Shown in pieces: positions 12,501-23,329 of a stretch of DNA of 64,000 nt (positions are counted from its first letter, which is position 1; every line of letters begins with the position of its first letter). Origin of the DNA: Octopus bimaculoides (Eukaryota). The translations under genes were made by a program, and so were the position numbers. The DNA lies in NCBI RefSeq assembly GCF_001194135.2, contig NC_068989.1, positions 3,774,798 through 3,838,797 on the forward strand, given 5' to 3'. The notes beneath the pieces were generated by a model that had not been told where the DNA came from, searched no databases, and worked only from the letters and a program-made list of their open reading frames with translations.

Positions 12501-13087
12501 CTTTTATATATATAAAAAATTGATTTGTATAGATCACTAATCTTTTTTCAGCTATATATATATATGTATATCTTACATAGATACCTCTTCTCACTTGAAG
12601 ATTAGTCATAGAGGCTACACTTATAACGAAATGAAAGGCAAAGTCGAACGCATAAGTAAGACAACTTAGTTACTAGTTTAAAACCATTTTGTTGTTGCTC
12701 AAAGAACTCCCAGTGTTAATGGTAAAATACGCCGAATGGGATTAAAGCTACATCGACACTATGATATTATTATAAATAGATGATTGTTTAATGGTGATTC
12801 ATTACAATAAAACAGCAATAAGACACACCCCTGACAACGACTTCCTTTAGAAAATAATATCTTAAAGGTCAAGAGACGTCGAGTGACCTAAGAACTTTAT
12901 TCTTCACAATGAATATACAGAAAGGGCGAACGCGAAATGAAGAAAAATATGTTCTTAATAATGAAATGAAAAGATAAAACAGGAACTAAATAATGCGTTT
13001 ACTAGAAAGCCCCACCTCTCCATCATACCATCTTTAACCCATCCAGCCATTCATCCATCCATCCATTATCCACACATACATACATAC

Positions 13088-13127
<40 letters not shown>

Positions 13128-13424
13128 TTGTATGTGTATTTGTATGTGTATTTGTATGTGTATGTGTGTATGTGTGTGTGTATATATATGTATACATATA
13201 CGTATAGAATAGTCCATGTGTACGTCTAATCTATTGACTTATTAATACATCGATTCATTTGTTTATACATCAGGTTTTGTTTATTTGTTGGCCATTATTT
13301 GGCATCGATGACCTATTTCTCATGTCTGAGAGATCTGACAAATTTAGAATTATCAAAGACAGTTCCTATCTCTTTGCAAAGGTCAAGTAAGCAAATAAAA
13401 GAAAAAAATATATATATACACTAA

Positions 13425-13671
13425 TTATAATGATAAGGATGACGACGAAGGGGATGATAGTAATAGCGATAATAATAATAATGATGATAATAATAATAAT
13501 GATAATAATAATAACAGCAACAGCAACAATACCACCACTACCACCACCACCAATAATAATAGTATCAATAACAATAATTTAATCATAGAAACTACTATGA
13601 TGATGATGATATTGATAGTACTAATAAAAACACAACTACTTCTAATAATGATGATGATGATGATGATGATG

Positions 13672-13760
<89 letters not shown>

Positions 13761-13780
13761 AATAAAAAAGATAGAAAGAA
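13425..13780 (+). repeat. Compound trinucleotide microsatellite (AAT)n/(GAT)n/(AAG)n
   Basis: Read directly. Confidence 0.95.
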
Positions 13781-14010
13781 ATAGAAGAAGATGAGAGATG
13801 AAAAGACGAAATGGTAGCCGAAGCAAACGGAATGGAATTGAAGAAGAATAATCGGTAGGAATTAAATACAGGCGATCATGATTGTCACGATGTTGATGGA
13901 TGATGGCAATAATGATGTAAATGGAAAGAAACAACAAAACAGACAGGAAACCTCCATAAATAAACAAAGATGTCTGATGAAAGAAGGTCGCTTTTTACTC
14001 ATTTAGTCTC

Positions 14011-14078
14011 GAGTTCAGTCCCACTGCGAGCCACCTTGAGCAAGTGTGTTCCACAGAAACTGTATGTAAGCCCGTCGC
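14011..14078 (+). mobile_element. SINE family A fragment
   Basis: GTTCAGTCCCACTGCGAGCCACCTTGAGCAAGTGT...AAGCCCGTCG matches family A with an internal deletion. Confidence 0.65.
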
Positions 14079-14112
<34 letters not shown>

Positions 14113-14139
14113 AGGTACCACAGAACCGATCAAACCAGA

Positions 14140-14340
14140 CGAGACGAGACGAGACCGGACCAGACCAGACCATCAGATACCGTTGTACATCGCTGGTCAC
14201 AATGTTCTTCCAATTCCGTTTTAATTGCACCATTCTTTTCCATTTTCACCCAAATTGTTTCACTTGATCGTCTTCCCATCGTCGCTGAAGCCTTCCAAGT
14301 GGCCTATGGCGATATCCTGAATATCCCTCGGCTACAGCAC
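14140..14340 (-). mobile_element. RTE LINE 3' end with pentamer-repeat tail
   Basis: Minus frame reads RPLGRLQRRWEDDQVKQFG*KWKRMVQLKRNWKNIV (RTE C-terminal R.GRP.RRW.D...W.R...R..W), followed by a (TCTGG/TCTCG)n tail. Confidence 0.7.
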
Positions 14341-14659
14341 AAGTCCACCTGTTATGTATATATATGAAGCTTGACATGTCTGATCTAGCGGAACCTGTGC
14401 TTTCGTCACTCTGCCATCGACTCCCTTCTCTAGTTATCTCATTTCGAATGCGTTCTTGTAATGATACTCGTGATATGCAGTTTTGCAGTTTTGAGAGGTG
14501 GGGGTTAGTCCATTACATCGATCCCTCTTTTTAAATGGTACTTTATGTTATGAAACGTAGAAGGATGAAAGTTAGAATTGGCATTGATAGGATTTGCTCA
14601 CTGAATGTAAAGGGTTGGAGAAAAATGCCTGCAAGCGCTTTTTCTGGCACTCTTATGAT

Positions 14660-14770
14660 TCTACATAACATAGGCGTAAAACCTGAAATATGCCGGGGAG
14701 TATCATTCGAATACATCAACTTCTGTACCTGACTGGCTTTCATTTTTTATCGACCCCTAAGGGTCGAAAT
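14660..14770 (-). mobile_element. SINE family B, 3' fragment, degenerate
   Basis: GGCGTAAAACCTGAAAT...TTTTATCGACCCCTAAGGG resembles the reverse complement of the B tail and core. Confidence 0.5.
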
Positions 14771-14864
14771 TTGACTGCAACACATAATTAAAATAATCTC
14801 TTATTTATTAGGAACAGCTACAAAAGAGACAGCATATTAAGATTTGTGAGGAATATTATGAAAG

Positions 14865-14940
14865 AGTTGATGACGACGACGACGACGACGATGACAACTA
14901 CAATGACGATGTTTCTGCTCCTCACCGTCTTAATAATGAA

Positions 14941-15029
<89 letters not shown>

Positions 15030-15095
15030 CGACGATGATGATGATGATGATGATGATGATGACGATGATGATGATGATGACAATGATGATGACTG
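14865..15095 (+). repeat. (GAT)n/(GAC)n microsatellite
   Basis: Read directly; gives the poly-M, poly-I and poly-H ORFs. Confidence 0.95.
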
Positions 15096-15360
15096 TGGAA
15101 TACAGGTCGGTTAAAGACAAATTCGTAGAAACAAATCAAAATGAATGACTGAAGGAAGGAAGGAAGGAATGAAAGAAGGAAGGAAAAGGATGACGTAGGA
15201 AGCAAGGCAGAAGGAAAGAAGAGTAGAAATACCATAAAAGGGACATAAATAAGGAGGAAGCAGAAATACGGAGACAAATCATGTTTTATGGAGAGAATAA
15301 AGGAGAAAGATTGAGGAGAGAATATGAGTGAATGAGAGAGTGTGATGCGCCATACATACA

Positions 15361-15436
<76 letters not shown>

Positions 15437-16029
15437 NNNNNNNNNNNNNNNNNNNNNNNNNNNNNNNNNNNNNNNNNNNNNNNNNNNNNNNNNNNNNNNN
15501 NNNNNNNNNNNNNNNNNNNNNNNNNNNNNNNNNNNNNNNNNNNNNNNNNNNNNNNNNNNNNNNNNNNNNNNNNNNNNNNNNNNNNNNNNNNNNNNNNNNN
15601 NNNNNNNNNNNNNNNNNNNNNNNNNNNNNNNNNNNNNNNNNNNNNNNNNNNNNNNNNNNNNNNNNNNNNNNNNNNNNNNNNNNNNNNNNNNNNNNNNNNN
15701 NNNNNNNNNNNNNNNNNNNNNNNNNNNNNNNNNNNNNNNNNNNNNNNNNNNNNNNNNNNNNNNNNNNNNNNNNNNNNNNNNNNNNNNNNNNNNNNNNNNN
15801 NNNNNNNNNNNNNNNNNNNNNNNNNNNNNNNNNNNNNNNNNNNNNNNNNNNNNNNNNNNNNNNNNNNNNNNNNNNNNNNNNNNNNNNNNNNNNNNNNNNN
15901 NNNNNNNNNNNNNNNNNNNNNNNNNNNNNNNNNNNNNNNNTATATATATATATATTATATATATATATTATATATATATAGTCCTATATATATATAGGAC
16001 TATTAGGCTATAAGAATTACCAAGATATA

Positions 16030-16540
16030 AATAAAAAATTCATAGAGGGTTGGACCTTAAACAAAGACGGTTGAAGACGGTGAGAAAGTGAGAGAGGTGG
16101 TTCTGCGACTATGGCATAAACCGTGGATGCTGTGAGCAGCGTGGGAGAAGTGGAACGCAGGCGAATGAGCTGGCAAATTTTACGGTTATTTTTCGAGACC
16201 AATAAGTTCGTAAAGTTTACTTTTGTGGTGTCGTGTCTCAAAATATATTGACTGAAATTGTTTGGAAGGGAAAAAGGCAGGAAGTAGCTGGTGAGTTCTT
16301 GTGTCAGATGGTCGCGGTTGACGTATAACGAGCGGTTGGTGGCTCACGTATGTTGTTTCGGAGTAGAAAAGAAGATATTGAAAATATTATGAGGTTACTC
16401 TGAGGAGTGAATCGGCTTGGCGGATGAATGAAAATTCAGTTTGAAACCGCGTGGGATGACGGCGAGGCGAAGACAGCGTTCAAGAAAGTTTAAATGGCCG
16501 CAGAAGTGGTTTTTAAATGCTTGATTTGAATATCCTAATG
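16030..16540 (-). mobile_element. Penelope-like element, N-terminal ORF fragment (decayed)
   Basis: 16428-16496 encodes HLNFLERCLRLAVIPRGFKLNFH, like the H..FL.RC....IP.G..L motif at the start of Penelope-like ORFs. Stops follow. Confidence 0.55.
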
Positions 16541-16669
16541 CGATATTAACGGTTGGAAAAGAAGGAAAAAAAAATTGGAGAGATCTTTTCATTGTGTGGT
16601 ACAATTCTCGGTTGAGACATTTGAAGTTGCGCATTGTAAAGGAGGTGGTTCAGAGAATTTAGCAGGTAT

Positions 16670-16701
16670 GATGGTGATGATGATGATGATGATAATGATG
16701 G

Positions 16702-16782
<81 letters not shown>

Positions 16783-17203
16783 GGATGGTAGAGTTAGTGG
16801 GGGATGGATGTAATTTCCTGATGTTTGGAAACTACATAGAGTGAGATAAATTGAGCTGGAACAACAAGAAGCGGATGAAGAGAAAAAGTACAGGAAGAAG
16901 AGGATTTCAGGAATGTGGAGTCTGTTTGTGGTTGTTTTTGTCGTTGTTGTTGTTGTTGTTGGCTTTTAGGAGTAGCGTGAGGAGGTGGATTGCGCTAGGG
17001 TTGTCAGAATAAGTTAAGCGGAAGAGAGGAAGGACGAGGAGAATAAGGAGAAAAAGAAGATTATCTTTATGAAGAGGATGATGATGATGATGATGCTGAC
17101 GAAGAGGAGGATGACGAGGAAGAGGTGGAGGAGGAGGAGAGGGCATGGGGACAATGATGGTGGTGAGGATCTTGGTGATTACGGTGATGGTAATGTTGAT
17201 GAC

Positions 17204-17236
<33 letters not shown>

Positions 17237-17420
17237 AATGTTGGTGATAATGATGATGAAGTTGATGTTATGAAGATGCTGCTGCATATTGATGATGACG
17301 GCGACGACCATGATGATGACGATGATGATGACGACGATGATGATGATGACGATGATGATGATGATGATGTCGGCAACGATGCCAACGCCGACGCTGAGGA
17401 TAATGATGGTTATGATGATA
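16670..17420 (+). repeat. GAT/GAC/GAG-rich low-complexity and microsatellite region
   Basis: Read directly; source of the 209-aa poly-Asp ORF. Confidence 0.85.
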
Positions 17421-17764
17421 AAATTGCTAAATTTCCACATCGTCAGACGTCAATAGACTTCAGAAAAATTCTTTCTTTCACATCCAACAACTTAATCCCT
17501 CTGGTATTTGTCTGGTTTAAAATGAATTATCTGAGAATTAGCATACTTTCTTCGCTGCTGCTGCTGTTGCCACTGCTGCTGTTTTTGTCGCTTGTTTTTA
17601 TTGTTGTTGTTTCTTGCTTCGATATTTCGTTTCGTTTCAAACTGTGGATTAAATTTTGTCAAGTATCGTACGAATTGGATTATCATTTATGCGGTTAATT
17701 TCTGCAGAATTAGTTTTCAAGGAGATGCGTGCTTGTATTTAAACATCTGTTCAGTCGTATGTTT

Positions 17765-17847
<83 letters not shown>

Positions 17848-18229
17848 GTGCATTCGTGGGTGGTGGGTGATGGACATTTGAAAATATTTTCTTCACTAGA
17901 CGACATTCAATACATTCAATGTCGATCATTCCAGAACGAACCTCCTCAACGACCAAAAACACTCTTGCACAGACGATATATTATCAAAAATGATTAAACA
18001 AGAAAATTCTGGGATTAAGAATATAATGACGTAGCTCAAGTTTCTCCCACAAGGTGGTGTTGTTTGTATACTCGCACAATTATAGCAAACACAAAGGCAG
18101 CAATTTCAAGAAACAGCTTTCACACACACATTCGCGAGCGAAAAGCGACGAAAGCAATGCTGCTAAACAGCCTGTTCAACCGGTCAGCGTTGCCTCAGCA
18201 ACAATAATTACAATTATTATTATTATTTA

Positions 18230-18380
18230 TTGTATAAGCATAAGGCCTGAAATTTGAGGGAGGTGTCTAGTTTACTTCATCGACCTCAGAACTGAACTCA
18301 TTCTTATTTTATCAACATCGAAGCAATGATAAGCAAAGTTGTCTCAAATTTGAACTCGGAACGTCAAGATGGAGGATGAA
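18230..18380 (-). mobile_element. SINE family B, degenerate, 5' truncated
   Basis: AAGGCCTGAAATTTGAGGG...TTATTTTATCAAC...ATTTGAACTCGGAACGT. Confidence 0.7.
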
Positions 18381-18438
18381 TTCTGCCCACTACACATGCA
18401 AGAGTCCAGATATATACAGATATATCTACGTATACGAT

Positions 18439-18473
18439 GGGCCTCCATACAGTTGCCGTCTACCAAATTCACT
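18439..18473 (-). mobile_element. SINE family A body fragment ending at a perfect hairpin
   Basis: GGGCCTCCATACAGTTGCCGTCTACCAAATTCACT resembles 224-258 (GGGCTTCTTTCAGTTTCCGTCTGCCAAATCCACT). Confidence 0.5.
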
Positions 18474-18540
18474 TCTGTGGTCGATAAAATCGACCACAGA
18501 AATTGCTGCCCTTGTTCCAAAATCTAATCTGAAACTATTA

Positions 18541-18758
18541 TTCTTTTCTACTGTAGGCACAAGACCTGAAATTTTGGAGGAGGGAGCCAGTAGATTAGAT
18601 CGACCCCAGTACGCAGCTGGTACTTAATTCATCGACCCCGAAAGGATGAAAGGCAAAAGTCGACCTCGGCGGAATTCGAACTCAGAACGTACAGACAGAC
18701 GAAATACCCCATAAGCATTTCGCCCGGCGTGCTAACGTTTCTCCCAGTTCGCCGCCTT
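18541..18758 (-). mobile_element. SINE family B, full length, 13-bp TSD
   Basis: Well-conserved copy; TAATCTGAAACTA at 18525-18537 and 18758-18770. Confidence 0.92.
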
Positions 18759-19260
18759 AATCTGAAACTACAACTATTCATTCATGGTAGGTTATGATTT
18801 TACAGAGATTTGACTGCTACGTCTAGCACAGAAAACATCTATGTAAATATTCCCTCGTTGAGTGAAAGCGACCGGCCTTAATTGAGGATTATAGCGCTTA
18901 GCGTACGATAACTCGCATACTGATCATCTGCGCTTTATCGACTTCAATGTAAACCTAAAAGCAGTCTTGACAGTAAGCCCAATTATGTTCACACAAACAA
19001 ATGGATTGTGCAACATAATGTGTGGTGTAACGTATAATTAAATTCTTGTATACATCATCTCTACACATAAAGCATGGTATATTGGAGATTATGCAGTTTC
19101 AGTTGTTAAAGGCGACATTTTCCTCTGCCAGATATATGATCCAAGGTTATCGCTACATTTGCTCATGGTTGCGGAGTGTGAATTGAGTAGCGCCATTGAA
19201 CGAATCGTTCGATAATTGTACATTGACGAAGCTATTAGAAAGTAAAACAACTCTTCTCAT

Positions 19261-19340
19261 ACAGTTCTTGATTTGAGAGACGAGCAATGTTCGTAAATTA
19301 TTTTACATTTGACGGATTTTTGTCCTCATCTTGTTGTTAT
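19261..19340 (-). mobile_element. 3' tail fragment of the hammerhead-bearing element at 43440-43788
   Basis: TTTACATTTGACGGATTTTTGTCCTCATCTTGTT versus TTTACATTTGACGGATATTTGTCCTCATCTTGTT at 43479; both start at ACAGTTCT. Confidence 0.75.
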
Positions 19341-19508
19341 TATTATCATTAATAACACACACACACTCGTATATTATTGTTGACGCTAAATTGGATTATT
19401 TCCTCATTCCTAAAATTCCATTGCAACAAAAGTTAATCGAGCATTCGATCACCTTCATTAGTGGATGTATGGCTGTTAGAGTATTAAAACGTGTTGGACA
19501 CCTTTTGA

Positions 19509-19811
19509 TCGGTCATTTGACTGGTGACGTGATTAGTCGGTCATTTGACTGGTGACGTGATTAGTCGGTCATTTGACTGGTCACGTGATTAGTCGGTCAT
19601 TTGACTGGTCACGTGATTAGTCGGTCATTTGACTGGTGACGTCATTAGNNNNNNNNNNNNNNNNNNNNGTCGGTCATTTGACTGGTGACGTGATTAGTCG
19701 GTCATTTGACTGGTCACGTGATTAGTCGGTCATTTGACTGGTCACGTGATTAGTCGGTCATTTGACTGGTGACGTCATTAGTCGGTCATTTGACTGGTCA
19801 CGTGATTAGTC
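19509..19811 (+). repeat. 28-bp minisatellite, 10 visible units, 20-N gap in the middle
   Basis: Unit TCGGTCATTTGACTGGT(C/G)ACGT(G/C)ATTAG counted directly: 5 units before the gap, 5 after. Confidence 0.97.
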
Positions 19812-20729
19812 GCGGCGTTTTATATGATTGCAATTCTTTACCAAGTCCTGTTTTAGAAGTTAATCACGTGGTTAATGACGTTGGCTGTTTTGTCTGTGAA
19901 ATTGGTTGTTTTTGACAGCAACCTTTGCAGGTGGTTCTATTTCAAATTTGATCACGTGGATATAGGCGTAATTAGTGGTGTGTTTGGGCATAGAACAGGT
20001 AACGTGGCTGCTCGTATTTTTTTTTCTGTTTGATATTTGTTCTTTCGCCAGGTATACAAAGTCAGACTTCCATTGAAGATGCATAGGTGCAAAATAATTT
20101 CGTGTCGCAAATCAAGATGAGTTGGGATTTTCTATGGTAACGGTTGATATGAAAATTTCCGGTATAGAATGAGTACGAATGGCGAGCATGGCCTTGTTCA
20201 ATATGGATCTATTCCGAAGGCATGGACGAACTTGTGAGAGTTTGCCTGCCTTTTGTAGTCGGGCAGTCTCTGCTACCCCATTGATTCTCGAGTCTGCATT
20301 TGACATACGCGTGTGCGATCGCGCCCATACAGATATATACACTTACTCAAGGCAATGCAGGCATATACACACACATACATGTGCACGCATGTGTGTATAT
20401 GCATGTGTATCATCCTGTTCGGCGGTTTCTTTGTCTTGTCTCGACTAATCGATGCAAACGCCACACCCATTTTGTGATTTGATTTCACACTGCCTTCCAT
20501 TTAGCGTCTGTTTGATTATCAAATAGCAATAATGATAATAATAATAATAATAGCAGATATATATACACATACACATATGCAAACACTTATGTGTGTGTAT
20601 GTATATATATATATATATATGCATAAGCATGTATATATATATATATTGTATATACATATATATGCATATTTATATATATATATGTATGTGTATGTGTATA
20701 TATATATACTGTGATAGACAGAGAGAGAA

Positions 20730-20788
<59 letters not shown>

Positions 20789-21139
20789 CAGACAGAGAAA
20801 GGGATAGATATACAGATAGTGAGGCTTGGTTGGCGTTGGGGCAGGAGTGGCGCATGCTGAACGTCACACTGATATGATTTACTAGATTAAATTAAATCTT
20901 GTGATTCTGAAATTAAAATCTTTTCTCGTTCGATCTTCACCGTTGTTACCTACAGTTATAAAATAAATAACGAATAACAAGCAAGCGAACACCAATACAC
21001 CATACGCACACTGATACAAAATATCTATTATACGCACACACACACACACACACACTCACACACATACACACATAAACACACACACATACACATAGATTCA
21101 CACGTGGTACCGCACACGCATACATGCATATGTATGTAT

Positions 21140-21245
21140 TCTTTTATTCTTTTACTTGTTTCAGTCATTTGACTACGACTACGCTGGAGCACCGCCTTTA
21201 GTCGAGCAAATCGACCCCAGCACTTATTCTTTGAAATCCTAGTAC
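21140..21245 (-). mobile_element. SINE family A 3' tail
   Basis: TTACTTGTTTCAGTCATTTGAC...CTGGAGCACCGCCTTTAGTCGAGCAAATCGACCCCAG matches window positions 1-60. Confidence 0.85.
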
Positions 21246-21276
21246 AATACACACGCACACAAACGCACACACACAT

Positions 21277-21314
<38 letters not shown>

Positions 21315-21365
21315 AAATAATAAATGAGTATATGCATATATACGTACAGGTATGTGCATACCTAC

Positions 21366-21418
<53 letters not shown>

Positions 21419-22197
21419 ATTTTGTACCATGTTCTCCGTTTTTTATCATTGTTGCCTGTATATACATTCATCGTTACACGTCAATTTTTGACGTTATTCG
21501 TAAGAGAGTACATACTTCTTTTGTCACTGAGTATCAGGTAAGCCAATGTTAACGTGTCTTAGGAAGGAAGAAGCTATTCAAAATGATCGCCACAATAATT
21601 TGAAGAATTTTCCGAGCTCTATCCACGTCTTACATCTTCATATTAATATATATTAATATGTTTATAACAATCGTATTTGATTGCCATATTCTACTTTGTC
21701 CATTAGCGCTGGTAGGTCTTTATGTATTTGTCTAACTGTGCAGTGTGAGCGTGTCTGTGTGTCTACGTGTCAGCATTAGCATGTGTGTATATATGTATGA
21801 ATGTATATATGAATGTATGCATTTGTGATATATGCGATGTGTGTGTGTGTGTATGTGTGTCAATGTATATGCCTGTGTATGGTACATTTGTATTGTTTGT
21901 GAGTAGAGATATTGGTTTGTGATCTTGTATGTGTTCAGAGAATATAAATTGAAAATTTCCACCTAATTTACTTCGATAAGAACAAATTTTGCGGAAACGT
22001 TATACATTACCAGGAAATGAATTTGATGATATAATAAATAATGGCCTGTTTAATAGACATACAACGAAAGCTGCATCACCAACAACAAGAACAACAAATA
22101 TTCCGGCAGCTACAACATCAAGAACAACGTAAATACCAGTAGTTATAATAAAAGTCAATACTCCTATATTATTGCTGTTTATATAGTAATTGATATC

Positions 22198-22250
<53 letters not shown>

Positions 22251-22452
22251 TAATAATGTCTATGTAATCTCAAATTTTAAAACAAACTCATAATTTTCTT
22301 AAACATTCTCTGGAACAATACTATCTACAAAACCAAATATATGATACCCTAGGCATAACACCAACATGAACTTCTAGCTTGTTGTCTCTTGAGGTTTCTG
22401 GGTGAGACTTGAAGCCAACTTGTACAAATACAAAGCAAAAGTCAAACATAAC

Positions 22453-22522
<70 letters not shown>

Positions 22523-22569
22523 TCTACTATATAGCTTTGGTGCAATACCAAAAATGTTTGTTGGTATTG

Positions 22570-22800
22570 TTTAGCCCTTATTATGCCCTTATGGACATAA
22601 CGTACTTAAGCTGTTTGCGCCCTATTCAGCACAAACCATCGAATTTTTTCAACAGTTCTTAATTCTTCCTCCTTTGTCTCTTCTAGGTCAAGGCCTGACG
22701 TATTTTCCTAATGGAAGGTCTTCCCTTACTAAGTGTTGTTGGTTTTGAATTGTCATCGACACTTCTGTAGTTTGCTTTCTTCTAGGTAGGTTTGTTGGCT
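22570..22800 (-). mobile_element. RTE-X-like LINE 3' fragment (decayed)
   Basis: Minus frame KPTTLSKGRPSIRKIRQAL resembles the W.P.HG...GRP...Y...L motif of RTE-X C-termini; frameshifted. Confidence 0.35.
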
Positions 22801-23049
22801 CTATGCAGAAGAAGAAGATGAAGAGGGAAGAAATGTAGGAGTAGGCAAAGAAGAGGAATAAGGAGGAAGAAAAGAACAAGACAGAAGTTGGGTGACACAG
22901 TAGATTGTTTGTAGGGGCCTCTTTAATGGTCAAATGACCTCAAAGTGACTTGTTGTGGTCGTAGCGGCTGTAATTGTTCTAAATTCTTGCAGTAATTTCT
23001 TGTAGTAGTTTCTAAATTCTGTGTTTAGCCCTGTGTGGCCAATAAAGAA

Positions 23050-23051
23050 AG

Positions 23052-23121
<70 letters not shown>

Positions 23122-23170
23122 GTCCATGTGTATGAATGTGTGTACGTGTGTATGTGTGTGTATGTGTGTT

Positions 23171-23238
<68 letters not shown>

Positions 23239-23298
23239 TGTGTGTGCATGCGTGTATGTGTATTTGTGTGTGTGTGTGCATGTGTGTATGTGTATTTG

Positions 23299-23325
<27 letters not shown>
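23050..23325 (+). repeat. (TATC)n followed by (TG)n microsatellite
   Basis: Read directly. Confidence 0.95.

Positions 23326-23329
<4 letters not shown>

Noticed and set aside
17069-17698. 209-aa Asp-rich ORF resembling an acidic biomineralisation protein
   Set aside because: It is built from (GAT)n/(GAC)n microsatellite like many non-coding tracts in the window. There is no signal peptide or credible start, and the other frames give equally trivial homopolymers.
19509-19811. CRISPR-like appearance of the 28-bp repeat
   Set aside because: Units are directly adjacent with no unique spacers, there are no cas genes, and the context is eukaryotic.
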